Positions 36,210 through 49,192 are shown, counted from the first letter of the stretch. The stretch is 64,000 nucleotides of DNA from Paramoeba atlantica (GCA_977017575.1 CDRNVI010000154.1:11279-75278), one strand, 5' to 3'. The notes: a model not told the origin generated them from the letters alone. Numbers and translations are program-made.

Positions 36210-39168
36210 AATTGGCACACCATAGAGAGCTTTGTTCAATCAACAGAGATATTCGGGATGTTCAGGATCTTCAAAACCTTCAGGTTGAGTGACATAATAA
36301 ACAATATCGCCATCAGGAATGTCAGCTTGGATATAGGCACTTGGGACATCTCCAGAATTCACATCAAGGTCAAACATAGCAGCAATAGCAAATGTCAAAT
36401 TGAGAGATTCAGTGGTTGCAGTTCCAGCATAATTATCTTCTTGGTCAAAATTGGGATCTTTCGCAAGACTATGTTTTACACGAGAACCGTTTGCACAAAA
36501 TCGAGCTTTGAACTTGGATATTACACCATTTTTAGTCTTAATTCAAAATCGCCACAGGCCTTGCATAATAATGTGTTTCTTTCCATCCTTGGGGAACTTC
36601 GGGGGAGGAGGCACCAATTCCCAAGTCTTATTTTCAATATGAGCATCATATTCTCTTTTGCAGGCTTGTTTCCATTCTTCTTTTTCATTTGAACGGGCGG
36701 CTTGCTTGTAGGATTGAGGGGTAACTTTGTCATTAACAACTTGGTCAGCATGAAAGGCATAGTCAAGGAAATCAAGATCTTTGTAACCATGGCCAGGTTC
36801 ACCAAACATATTCCAAGGTATTTTCAAGGCACTGAACGCTTTTCCAATGGCACTATGTTGGTAGTCAGGGTCTTGGAAGTGAGCAGAGTGTCTTACTTCT
36901 TCAGCTGCATCATCAGATTCATTTGGTTCAGAGATGTTAATTTCATCATCAGGTTGAGATTGAGTAACAAGATTAAAATCAACTTCAGGATCAGTTTCAG
37001 AGTTGTATGTAGAGGAAGAGTAAGGAGATGCAGATTGGTCTGCAGGGTCATAAGGGTCAGGATCATGATCATCTGGTGGGTAATTGAACATTTCATAATT
37101 ATCGAGGTCAATCGGCAATTCAGGTTCATTTTCATCAGCAGAGTCATAATCAGTTCCTTCACTTTCTTCATCCTTCATATCTAATTCTGTCATTTGAGGG
37201 AGAATTTCAGAATCAGGGGCTGCAGCAGCTTGAGCAGGATCAACAATTGGAGAAGAAGAGGAACTAGAAGAGGAGCAAGAGGAGCAAGAGGAAGATGTAG
37301 GTGTGTAAGAACCATCGCTCTGAGTAAAATTGGGAGGAGGCATACTGAGAAGCACCATCTCATCATCATCATCATCACTGTACACATCTGTACTGTGGGT
37401 TTTCTCATTCAAAGCAGTATGTTTTGAATGTAAGTTTACAGGAGCAGGAGTGGAATGGCCTATTCTGTTCTCCCTTTCAACATCAACAGGGTAATCATCA
37501 TCAATTACAATTTCAGCAGAATCATCAGGATTCTCATGTACACAATCCACAGGATTTGTGTTTGTACTCAGAACGTCGTCACGGTCTGATAATTTCGAAA
37601 AATCAATGAATTTTTCATTCAAATAAGTGTCAAAATAGTGTGGGATATTCCCTCTATCAATACGCTTCAACAGGTTCGAAACACCAAAAACATATTCATC
37701 AAATACCACACTTGAACTTTCAAAAATAGTTTTCTTTACAGGGTCATACAAAATATAACTATTAATTTTCTCTGAGGGGCCAAGATAGATCGCAGGGCGT
37801 GCTTTAGGCATCAGTTTGGTTCTGTTCTTTCGGGGAATGTGCGCAAAAGCATGGCAACCAAAAGGGCGAATCAACTCAATATTGGGTTTGCGACCATACA
37901 GCTTCTGGAAGGGGGAAATCTCTTCACCTTCTTTCACAATGTAGGAGCTTACAACACTTGCAAGTTTTTCAGCATAATCCCAAAATTGTTCAGGCAATCC
38001 AGCATGGATTCGAATCGCTTGAGCAGTGTTCCATCAAGTCTCATTTGCATGTTCAGCAACACCATTTTCAGCAGAATCATCTCTACTAGAAAATCTAATA
38101 TGAATTCCTTTTTCAGCACAATATTGTCCAATTTTCATTGCAGGACCGACAAATTCTCGAGCACCATCACATTGAATGATTTTGACCTTCACATCCAATT
38201 GTCTTTGAAGCTTTGCAATCAGATTGATTAGCACTTCGCCAGCATCACTCTTTTTCTTGAGGAATTCAGATAAATCCATCTTGGAGTAGTCTTCAACAAC
38301 TGAGAGAGAGTATTTGTTCTTCTGATAAGAAAGTATATTTTTCTCATGGTTGTCAATGTGCAACATTTCACCGAGTTTTCGTTTTGTTCTCGTACCAGGG
38401 GTATGACTTTTCTTTTTCGCTTTGGCCAACTCACAAGCAGTACAAACATTTTAATCCATTCTCAATCTGTGATATTGCAGGGGCAAACCGTCAACCGCAC
38501 GAGCATTAATAGTCCTCTTCAAACCAGAAAAATGACACAGTCTATTATGCCAATATTTCCATTCTTTCTCATGGGTCAGACAGAGGGTTCTACGGATTCT
38601 TTTCTTGCGGAGAGGTTGAGATGAAGAAGCATCCTCAGGGGTTTCATTTTTTGGGTGAGTAACTTCTTCAGCAATATAAGATTGTTGATGGTTGGTTCGA
38701 CTGGGTAAAGCCAAATAATACAAGCCATTGTTCTGTGAACCACTCAAAATCATCTGGGAATCACTCAAATTGATCTTCTTTTTCGTCACACGAATTTGGT
38801 CAGAATCCAAAACAACAGAAGCATCCCAAGTTTCACACATGTGAGCCACAGAGAGAAGATTCATTTCACAATTGGGGACTACAGAGACATCTTGAAGAGG
38901 CAGCAAATCAGGATGAATTGCCAAGTCACCTTGCATTGTAACAGGAATTAGATCGCCATTCACTTGCTTGATGCTTATGGTCATTGCAGGTGGAGCATTT
39001 CTTGTTGTGAGATTTGGATCATTCACAATTGTGTTTGAACAAGCTGAATCAGCAAGAGCAATTGCTCTGTTTGATTGTTTTGCAACAAAAGCAGATTGAA
39101 TCGAAGATTGAGAAGAAGAAACGAGAGCAGAAACGCAACAAGAGTTAACAGGAATATTGATTTTATTC

Positions 39169-39591
39169 GGGTTGGTGCCTGTAGTTTAGTCGTAAATTCG
39201 ACTATGTCCAACCCCGGGGGGGCGAGTTCAAATCCCAGTTTTTCGATATTATAGAAAATTTTTCTGGTGCTGTAGAGTGATTTGATTGGAGTGAGGAGCT
39301 CTTGAAGAAGTGTGAAAATCGGAACAGATTACATCTCAGCCCTGTCTGCTAAAAAGTTGAGGATAAATTCCCTTGGAAGGAGCTTTGGATTATTCTCCCT
39401 TCTGATGTGCATCCTCCAGCCTGAACTTGTAGAAGTTCTAAAGTTCAGCATAAAGACCGACTGAACTAAGCTGAAGTTTAAAACTTCACCTCTCGTTAGA
39501 GGTTAAAAAAACAAACATAATTTAATGTAATTCAAATGGCTTAGATTAAGAACTACTAATTGAATAAAGTCTGCCTCAAAAAAAAAAAAAA
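39169..39591 (+). mobile_element. SINE1 at the copia-2 gag/PR boundary
   Basis: 16-bp TSD aatattgattttattc. Confidence 0.97.
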
Positions 39592-40758
39592 AATATTGAT
39601 TTTATTCATTTTCATCTTCCAAGCATTGATCTTTTGAACAAAAGCATCGAAATTCACCTTGGCTTGTTGTCCCACAGCACTTTGGTTCACCAGGTTTGTG
39701 TTGCAACCTTTCACAATGTGACTGGTGGCACCACAACGAAAACAGGCTTTAGCCGGAGGGGTGGGAGGATCTTCCCATCCAGGGTAATTTTGAAACTGGT
39801 TGCACGTTTGAGGAGAAGGAATTAGAGGACTATGGCGAGGAGGGCCATTTCCTTGTCTTCCTTGGCGAGGAGGGGCAACATTCCCTTGTTGATTAGGATT
39901 GGCAGCAGGGTTATTCTTCTTCTGAAAAGCAACATAAGCAGCGGCATTCTCCTTGGTCTTCAAGGCTTGTTTCTTCTTGTTGGCGCTGGAGCGACTACCT
40001 TCGATTTCTTTTAACTCCAAGAAAGCACTCTCCACTGTCCACTCTCCCACTCTAAGCAATCCTCGAAAGGTTTCCCAATGTTGTTGCGGCATGGAATCTT
40101 GAATGTAACCCAATTTCTTGTTCATTGGTATTGGTTTCCCTTTCAATGCTTCAACGTGAAGAAATAACTCCTTCAGTCTCAACTCAAAACTAGAGATCGT
40201 CTCATTTTCTCCGATACAACAATCCTCTAACTTACTTTTCACTTCTTTTACGTTGTGAACAATCACAGTACTCAGATTTAAGATCAATGTGTCCCAAATA
40301 ATTTTTGGTGTTCTTCTCTTCAAATCACTAAGATACCCCTTCGCTCGACCAACACAAGCCTTATTCAGTAAGTTCATAAGATTCATTTGATTGTCCATAC
40401 GGTCATCGAAACGTCTTTGGTTAACTTGCTGCTTGTACTCCAATTTCTCTTTGTGTCTCGCCTCCAACTCCTTTCTTTCTGCCAAGAATCTTTTCTTCTC
40501 AGCTTCTTCCATTTTTTCTGTAATCTTCTCCAGCTCCTCCTCAAACTTAATTAGAACAGGTTCACCTGTAGGAACTTTGTCGAGGAATAGATGGTGAACG
40601 AGATTTTGAGTGCTGAGCCGAATGAGTGTCTCTTTTCACCAGAGCATGAATTCAATGGTGGATTCACCTTTGAGTTCATTAATCTCGAGTGCACCCTTCC
40701 ATGTCTTGTTCTTTGGTTCAAACTCTGGCCAATCTACTACTCTGTAATCATCTTCCAT
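39592..40758 (-). pseudogene. gag: Copia-2 gag
   Basis: Starts MEDDYRVVDW; zinc knuckle CFRCGATSHIVKGC. Confidence 0.85.
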
Positions 40759-41090
40759 AGTTGAGGATGTGGCGAACGTAAGAGAGCAAGAGAGAAAGGC
40801 AAGAAACAGTGATGGGAGGAAACGAGCAAGAAAAACTGAGAAAACCACACAGAATCGTGAAAACACACAATTAAAACAAATAGAAAAACAGGTAAAAGGA
40901 ACGAGAGAGCAAGAGCAATAAAAAGAAATCGAGTGAAGTTGTTGAATGAACGAGAGAACAGGTGTGAACGAGCGAAAACAAAAACAAAAATGAAAAACAA
41001 AAAAACAGAAAATAAAACAAAAATAAAACAAAAAAATAAAACAAAGAAAGGTGTAGAACACTGAAGTTCTACTGATGACAAGATCAGGCA

Positions 41091-41110
41091 GAGAGCCTAG
41101 ACTCTTAATC
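41091..41110 (-). other. Copia-2 primer-binding site, complementary to the 5' half of tRNA-Lys(CUU)
   Basis: Plus strand GAGAGC-CTAGA-CT-CTT-AA-TC abutting the 5' LTR. Confidence 0.75.
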
Positions 41111-41893
41111 TGTTAAGTGGCAGGGTTTGGTAGAAGAAGATTGCTGAGAAAAGAAAAGAAAGGTGCAAACTTCATTCCATGGTGAGAGCTGGGAACGTGA
41201 AAAAACAAAGTCTCTCACGCATTTATTTATGAACAGGTTTCAAGCACATATTTAACAATGTGACACCAAGTGCAAAAACAGAGAAACACACACAAATAAA
41301 AGCACACGTAAGAGACACAAAGACACAACAAGTTTAAGGAAGGGAACAACAGATGACGTCAGCACAAATAAATTCATGGGCTGAAAGATCAGAATATGGA
41401 GAATAAACTATGCAATCAAATTGGGTCTGAAATAGGGCAAAGGTATTCTTGAAGGCACAATTCAATGATTGATCAATATCTCGGTGTGTAGTTGTCAGAT
41501 TCAGATGGGACTAGCACCATTCGAAAGAGGAAGATGAGGCGCTTCAGGATAGCACAACTCGTGATCATAGAATTCACAAATGATGTTCTCCATTAAGTCA
41601 AACATTCTTCAAACCAAGAATACTGATATTCTAACAGGGGAGGAAAAGTGAGAAAAGGGAAAAAGAAAAGGGAAAGGAAGGAAAGAGGAAAGAAAGAGAA
41701 GGAGGGAGGAAGGATGAGAGAAGAGGAAGGGAAAGAAGAGAGAGAGAGAGAAAAGAGAAGAAGGAAAAGAGAGGGAAGAGAGAGAGTGTCAATCAGGGAG
41801 AAGAGGGAGAGAGAGATCAGTTGTTTGGCAGAAGAGGGAGTGAGAATGGCTCCAAATGGAAAACACAAGAGCTGACAGGATTGTAACAAGAAG

Positions 41894-43205
41894 GGAAAAG
41901 AATAATGATGGAGATATAATTATGATTAGAGGGGGTGAGGCAGACAGTGAGAAAGAAAGTGAGGAGGAAGGGAAAAGTGATGGGTCAGTCACAGTGAAAA
42001 TCCCTTTGGAAGGAGGAATGATTAAGGAAATGAGTTTTGGTATAAGTGAGAAAGCTTGAGCATAGCTGGGTGATCTTCCAACCCAATTTAGGTGGAAGCA
42101 GGGAATGAAAGAACTCAAAAAACAATTACAAATCTTGAAAAAAGGGAATATAAATTACCAAATGAAAAGCTTTAACAAGTTTTGATTGAAACAATCAAAT
42201 TTATTGGTTCAAACACAGCTAAATTCAAGAAAAGATAGAGACAATTATCAACTGAAGAAACAGTAAAAATAATTAATAAAGATAAGGAGAAAGTGAGGCA
42301 AAGCAAAAAGAAATTAAAAGGCAACACAGATAAAATGTTGAAAGCTAAAAATTCAAATGCAATTTCCAAAACCATTCTTATGAAGAAGGAAAAAAGTGGT
42401 GGGGTGAGAAATTTTAGAGGTGTCCCTTTCTCTTCTGTTTCCACTGATGTTTCTTTTCCTTTCTCTTCTACTGGTGTTCCTTCCCCTTTTTTCTCCACTA
42501 ATGTCCCTTCCCCTTCCTCTTCCACTGGTGTCTAGAGTATTTCTCCCTCTGAAGGTGTTTCCAACAGAGTCTCTGGATTACAAGTTAAAAAAGTGATCCA
42601 GAAAAAAACATTATAATTAGCCTGCAAAACCAAGAAAACACTACCTCTTTTAGTAATTTAGATGAATGTGAATTTTCATCTTTTTTGTTTGGTTCTTATT
42701 CTGGCAATGGTCAAAAAATTGCAGATTCCCCCTTTCCCTCTTGTTTTCAGGATGCTGACCTTGATGGAAGCCCAAAATTGTCTCCAGATGACCCTCAGGG
42801 AAGCCTCTCTATTGTTTAAAAGAAAAAAGAGGAAAAGTTTAAAGAAAAAAAAAAAAACCAAAAAAAAAGGAAAAAAGTTGAAAAAAAGTTCTAAGTTGGA
42901 AGTTAATTAAAAAAAGGAAAAGAAATATCAGAAGATAGAGTAGAATATGGTGAATAAAAGAAAAAAAAAAGAAAAAAAGAATAATCAAAATATCAGAAAG
43001 TATAGCCTTCTTCAACCCCTCTCCTTTGAGATCTGATGATCAACTTCAACCCTCCTCCTCAACAGTTATCAAACAAGTTTCAACTAATCTCTCAACTCCC
43101 CACTCCCTCCACCCCCTTCAACTCCCTTTTTCCCCAAGAGAGACCTTGTGATGTTCAAATCCCCTCTTTGAAATCCAATCCCCCTGATTTACCACAAATT
43201 CAGTG
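41894..43205 (+). pseudogene. Probable LINE-B ORF1 C-term / ORF2 start
   Basis: K/E-rich low complexity, then a P/S-rich segment (FQLISQLPTPSTPF) resembling the LINE-A pre-APE linker (LVLVSQPPSSSF). Confidence 0.5.
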
Positions 43206-43245
43206 TTTTTCTTTTTTCTTTTTGAAGCAGACTTTATTCAATTAG
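43206..43245 (-). mobile_element. SINE1 3' stub fused to a LINE-A poly(A) tail
   Basis: T-tract + gaagcagactttattcaattag. Confidence 0.8.
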
Positions 43246-43866
43246 TTTTTTTTTTTTTTAAAGTTTAGACACTAGGTGCCATTTATTGGAGTTAAAAAAC
43301 CATCTCTAAGATGGAAAAGAGGGGGGAAGAAAAAGGGAGGGAAGGGGAAGATAAATTAAAAGTTAGATCCAATGATCTTTTCAGCATGGAATACATTGGA
43401 GTTACTTTACCAACTTTAGTTCTCACTAAGAGGTCTGCATTTGATTGTCTGCCTTCTAAAAGCAGGGAGTGAATTTGGTTTGGAGTTTTCAATAAAGTTA
43501 ATTACATTCCTTCGAAAATCTTCTTCAATAAAGTTCCTCACCAAATTGCTCTCTTGGAACTGATGGAACCATCCTTGGATATCTTTAGTAATTATTATAG
43601 GGAGGATTAGAGCATTCTCAAAAGTGGTTTGGGTCAGAAACAAGACATGGGGGGTTGTCACTATGTTTCCTTGGAATTTCCTTACAAAATTCTCTAAGGG
43701 GATGGGGAAAGTCCAGTCATGGGTGAGAGGAGAATTGATCCAGTTCCACAGGGTTGAATTAAGAATAATCCACTCTTCACTGGTTTCTGCAACATGTTGT
43801 GATCTTGGATCCTAATGATGGTCATTCACAGCACATGTTCCATCCTCTTTGGACCAACTTGCAGCA
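43246..43866 (-). mobile_element. LINE-A 5'-truncated 3' fragment
   Basis: Colinear with ~12155-12770, poly(A). Confidence 0.92.
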
Positions 43867-44895
43867 TGTAAATGAGGCTCACAAAACCACCTCTGAAAAA
43901 ACGAAGTCAAGAACTCAATCCGAATCAAAAAGCATGAACACATCCAAATCATCACATGTTGAAGAAACAGAGAGAAGATCATGGGAGAGGTTTGGAACAA
44001 ACAAAACTTGACTTAAACTTAAGTCTCTTCCATCCATGAGGATTGAACCAGTTCTGTGTTTCTCAACAGGTAAAGCAGAGCCATTTGCTTGGGTTATTGA
44101 TTCACCAGGGCCAGCAGCATTATGTTGGATCATGTCAGGGTTGTTTGTGAGGGTAGGAAAAGCACTAGAATCAACAATCATGTGGCGAAAACCATCAGCA
44201 GTGTGAAGAGCAACAGAGTCATCAGTGACATCCAAAAAACAAAAACCATCTGTGAGTTCATCATAGTGCTCATCAGTTTGTTGCTTATCAAGAAGAAGAT
44301 CTTGGACAAGCTTGAGGAACTCCTCAGTAGAAGGTTTGGTGTAGAAGGCCATTTTGCAGATGCCAGTTATTGCAAATTGTGTGAGAAATGCTTCACCAAC
44401 AGAGGTCTGGGGCTTTCCTTGCTTCTTTCTTCGACATTCATCCTTCCAGTGACCAGTCACCCCACACCAGTGGCAATGACCTTGATGAACAGTTGAACCA
44501 TCAGGATGTTGATCACCAGGTTTGAATTTCTTTCCAGTTCTCTGATGTTTCTCCTCCTTTGCTTCAACCAACAAACCAACATGTGGTGGGAATCCAAAAC
44601 TGGATTCTTTGCCATATTTAGACAGAACTTTTTCTTCAAAGTGTGCCAAACTATTGACCAAATCCTCGAAAGATAAATCTTTCTGATATTTGAGTGTCTT
44701 TATGGGTTGGAACTCAGGACCAAGACCTCAAAGAAGAAGAGCCATCATACAGTGTTCTGAAACAGATTCATCATTCTCAGTAGATTCTATGGTGAGGGTC
44801 ATACTTTGGGATACATAATCATTGACAATTTTATTCTCCTTCTTTTTCAAAGTCATCAACTCATTTGTGAGATCCAGCAAAGATGCCATTGTTTT
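43867..44895 (-). pseudogene. Copia-3 gag C-half + protease fragment
   Basis: CHWCGVTGHWKDEC knuckle, MIVDSSA, VLFVPNLSHDLLSVS. Confidence 0.9.
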
Positions 44896-45297
44896 TTTGT
44901 TTTTTTTTTGGAAGTAGACTTTATTCAATTAGTAGTTCTTAATCTAAACCATTTGAATTACATTAAATTATGTTTGTTTTTAACCTCTAACAAGAGGTGA
45001 AGTTTTAAACTTCAGCTCAGTTTAGTCAGTCTTTATGCTGAACTTTAGAACTTCTGCAAGTTCAGGCTGGAGAATGCACATCAGAAGGGAAAATAATCCA
45101 AAGCTCCTTCCAAGGGAATTTATCTTCAACTTTTTAGCAGACAAGGCTGAGATGTAACCTGTTCTGATTTTCACACTTCTTCAAAAGCTCCTCACTCCAA
45201 TCAAATCACTCTACAGCACCAGAAAAATTTTCTATAATATTGAAAAACTGGGATTTGAACTCACCCCCTGGGGTTGGACATAGTTGAATTTACGACT
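44892..45297 (-). mobile_element. SINE1 split by the DNA transposon (head remainder at 54673-54690)
   Basis: 18-bp TSD caaagatgccattgtttt at 44878-44895 and 54691-54708. ...tttacgact + aaactacagg... rejoins to the SINE1 consensus. Confidence 0.92.
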
Positions 45298-45640
45298 CAT
45301 TACAGAATTTTTGTATGGTGCCAACGTGTCAATATTTGATTGGTTAAAAAATAAATTGAACTTTTTTTCGTTTTGTTCTCCATTTTTGATTCTAGCAACG
45401 AAAGGGAATGAGAAACTGCCAAAATGAACACCAAAAAAACCTCCAATCTCATTAGATGAAATCATGGAGATTGATTTCATTACTGAGAAAATTCAACAAA
45501 CGAAAAAGAGGAAACAAAAAACCATTGAGAAGCAAAAAAAACGCCGAAAAAGAGGAGTGGAAAAAACACAGCAGCCGCTGCTGATGGAGACCATTCCTGT
45601 TGATGAAGAGAGTTTCAATTTGAATGAGACAAAGTGATGG

Positions 45641-46517
45641 ATGAACTCCATGATTCTTCCTGAATTTGAAAAGCGACTTGATTTTGCCTTGAAGAAACGA
45701 ATTCGATCTTTTCGGATTCAGCTACCATTGCCAAAACAAATTTTCTGCTATGTCCAACCCCAGAGGGGTGAGTTCAAATCCCAGTTTTTCAATATTATGG
45801 AAAATTTTTCTGGTGCTGTAGAGTGATTTGATTGGAGTGAGGAGCTCTTGAAGAAGTGTGAAAATCGGAACAGGTTATATCTCAGCCCTGTCTGCTAAAA
45901 AGTTGAGGATAAATTCCCTTGGAAGGAGCTTTGGATTATTCTCCCTTCTGATGTGCATCCTCCAGCCTGAACTTGCAGAAGTTCTAAAGTTCAGCATAAA
46001 GACTGACTGAACTAAACTGAAGTTTAAAACTTCACCTCTCGTTAGAGGTTAAAAACAAACATAATTTAATGTAATTCAAATGGCTTAGATTAAGAACTAC
46101 TAATTGAATAAAGTCTGCCTCAAAAAGAAAAAAAAAACAAAACAAATTTTCTGTAAGATTTTTTGTGAACCATTGAAAAAATTTGAAAAAGTGAAGTTTC
46201 AAGTCAATGAATCAGGACAATGTGCTCGAATCTGTTCTCAAGACAATTTAAAAAAACTGGATTCTTGCTTTTTGAACCGTTCTGAATGGCAAACCAAAAA
46301 GATTCTCTTGCAAAGTTCTCGCGGCAATATTTTTTTAAATGAAGAGGTAAATATCGTTCTTCATCATTGGATTGAATTTGATGTTATTCAAACTGATGAA
46401 AATTGAATAATCAAGTGTGAATCTGAGTTGATTTTAAAATTTACGAAAAAAAAAAGTCAATTTGAATGCTGTGGAATCATTGAAGTTACAAATGCATCTG
46501 GCTTTCATTGCACTTAA
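45641..46517 (+). pseudogene. Transposon ORF-A, unknown (~155 codons after SINE removal)
   Basis: Frame rejoins across the SINE (PKQIFC|KIFCEPL); one internal TGA. Confidence 0.45.
45748..46137 (+). mobile_element. SINE1, 5'-truncated
   Basis: 16-bp TSD caaaacaaattttctg. Confidence 0.95.
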
Positions 46518-46778
46518 AGGAAATTATTTGTTGAATTATTTTGAAACAAAATTAAATTTATTTTACAAAAAAATCTTGAAAAAAATGAAACTATTTTTTC
46601 CATTGTTAGTAAAATGTTGAAAAAAAAAGGGGAAAAAATTTAATTAGTAAATGAAAAAACTAACTTTTTCAGTTCGTCAAGTTCTTGCTGCATCTACCTT
46701 TGATGTAAAAGAATTTGATTCATCTGAATTTTGAAAAAAATGAATTAATAAAAAATATTAATTGAAAAAGAGAAATGT

Positions 46779-49192
46779 TCAAATCCAAAAAAAAAATACT
46801 TGAGTTTGTGAGGATGTGTTATTGCCACACACTGTTGATAGTTGGGGATTTTGAAGTGGTTGTGGGTTTGCCACCACTGTTGATTGATACATTGGTTGTT
46901 GAGCCAATCCATAAATTTGTGAATTGCCATTTTGTTGAAATCGGATTTGGGGTGAAGGATTGAAATTTTGTTGGAATTGTTGGGGTGATTGAATAGAAAG
47001 TATTTGATAGGAAGTTTGGTTTTGTGGAACTGGTTGGAAATTGTAATTTGGTTGGGTTTGAGAAGATTGAGGAAGTGGGAGTTGAATTATTGTTTGTGGA
47101 GTTGAAAATGTTTCATAAGAAGTTTGTTGGGTTGTCATAGTTGGTTTTGTTGACTTTGTCGTTTTGTTGGTGAGTGGAAACACTGAACTGTTTTGTGTGT
47201 GTTTTCTGATTGTGAATAATTGTAAATTATTTGTTGCCCTTTTTTGTACAAAAGAGGTTTTGTTCTTTGGATCCATTTGTGGGCAAAAGAGTATAAACTT
47301 TCTTTTGTTCTTTTTGGCTTTTGGAACACATTTGATAAAAGACATTGAACCAAGCTTGTTCTTTCTTTGTTCTTTGTTCTTGTTCTCTGTTCTTGTCTCT
47401 ATCTCCATACTATTCTGTAGAGGACTCAACTAAGTTGGTTCTTGTCGAGGAAAAAATGGGTTGGATTGAATTTGAATGACTTGAGGTATTGGTGGTGGTT
47501 GATTTTGAATAAAAAGATAGGGGTTTGTTGCTCCTTCTTTGAATGGAATGGGGGTGGAATTTGATTGAAAAGACTGAAGTGGCAGTTGTTGAATTATAGA
47601 TTTGTTTCGATCTATTGGATCAGAGGAAGTGGAATTAGAGTGGAATTGTTGAATATGGTCAAGTGTTGGTACATTTGAAATCATTGGCTCAAAAGTTAGT
47701 GGATTGGTGTTTAATTGTGATTGTTTCATTTTTGTTGAAGAAGAGTGGAGTATTAATTGACTGGAGACAGGTTTTTCAGGTTGTAAGGATTGGTTAGTTT
47801 CAGTTGGTGAAGGAGATTGTTGAAGTTCTGGTGATTGGGGAAGTGGGGAACCCTGTGGAGATGAGGTCACTGGTAATGAGTGATCAGTTTCCTTATTCGT
47901 GTTGGCTTTCTTTTGCTTTTTTTCATTTGGGAGGGAATCGAAAATGTAATCTTCTGAATGGTTGTGTCGTGTGGGACGCAGGGAGGGTTTTGGAGTTTGT
48001 TTCTTATTATTTTGAGGATGTGCAGTCTGAGGTCGCTTGGGGATCATCAAGGGAAGAGGAGAGGTTTCTCGGGCTGATTTTTCCTTCCTCTTGTGCTTTG
48101 GCATTTCCTTTCCTTGCTGAAACTCCTTTGAGGCTTTTTGGTTGGTTGATTTTTGCCAAGGGAGATGACAGTCAGTGTTCAAGGTCTTAATGAAGAGGTA
48201 ATCAGAACTTGGAAAAAGAGAATCCACTCTGTTCAATTGAATCTTTTCTTTAATCAACAGCATTGAGTGAACGAGTTCAAAAACATCCCTTGGATTGAGT
48301 AGTTTGGAGGGGTTCAACTTCTCTAAAATCGCTTGGTTGGTTGCGGGGAAATCGTCTTCTCGAATAAAAATGAAAACTTCATTCAGCAATGAATCAAGGA
48401 GTTCTTTCTTACTCAGAACCAGCAAATAATCCTTTAGAAGTAAAAGTGTGCACGGAGTTAGTGATGTTGATGAATCTCATGGTTCACCACAAGAATTACT
48501 TCTAACGAAAAGGTCCCCTTGATTTGGAAAGGGTAAGCAGAGTTGGAGCAAGCAGGAATATCCCTGTTTCCCCTGACTACAGAGGGTTTCAACTTGACTG
48601 ACAAGTGGTTTCTTTTCGTCGAAGATAAGAGGCCTCAAAAGGGGAGGGAAAGTTTTGTTGCTTTGCAAATTCTGTAATTTTCCAGGATCCAAATACCAAA
48701 AGGAATCTTCTTCAAAGACCTCTTCTCAAATCCAGAACTGAGGGTAAGTTGAAGACTCACCAATTCCTGAGCTGATTTTCCAGCAAACTGATGAAAAAAA
48801 AGTAACTTCCTTTTTTGTTTGTTCACTAAGGTTGAAATATTTTTTTTTCTCGTGGTCAATTTGAGGTGAGTTTGTGTCCACTTTTATTGTGGTTTCAAAG
48901 GTGGGGGAGACTCATGCCAACCACGATGTTCGCTTCAAAAAATCCACATAGGAACCACCACAATAATTTGAGTATCTGACGTAATCTGGGCAAAATGCTG
49001 TGTTGCAATCGAAATAATTGAACCCCTTGGAAATATCAGAGACTCCAACGAGATAATTGGTGACGAGTTTGGTGTTTTTTTCAATTTTCGATTTTGTAAT
49101 TAAACTGAAAAACTAACCAGAGCAACAATCAAGAAACCCCAATAATGAACTGAACCATTTTGAATCTCAGAATTGCAATATAAACACTTCAT
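46779..49192 (-). pseudogene. Transposon ORF-B, unknown large protein with N-terminal CxxC and P/S/Q-rich C-terminus
   Basis: One frame runs from ~49030 to 46779 with only 3 TGA + 1 TAG. A probable GT-AG intron (~49117-49027) links it to the exon MKCLYCNSEI... Confidence 0.6.

Larger units (their letters stand above)
34228..39168 (-). pseudogene. pol: Copia-2 pol
   Basis: ALADSACS (PR), YWHNRLCH, LHIDNH, QCDGAREF, ENGVAE (IN), TVVDD (RT), SSCESEY and DNLADIFTK (RH). Confidence 0.93.
33684..41636 (-). mobile_element. Ty1/copia element 2 (full-length, three SINE1 insertions)
   Basis: 526-bp LTRs (33684-34209, 41111-41636), 5-bp TSD gggga (33679-33683, 41637-41641) inside the copia-1 LTR. Confidence 0.95.
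27596..41888 (-). mobile_element. Ty1/copia element 1 (full-length; copia-2 nested in its 5' LTR)
   Basis: 534-bp TG..CA LTRs (27596-28129; 33397-33683 + 41637-41888), 5-bp TSD agaag (27591-27595, 41889-41893), PPT, domain order gag-PR-IN-RT-RH. Confidence 0.95.

Noticed and set aside
46779-49192. ORF-B as a RAG2-like protein
   Set aside because: No Kelch repeats or PHD finger recognisable.
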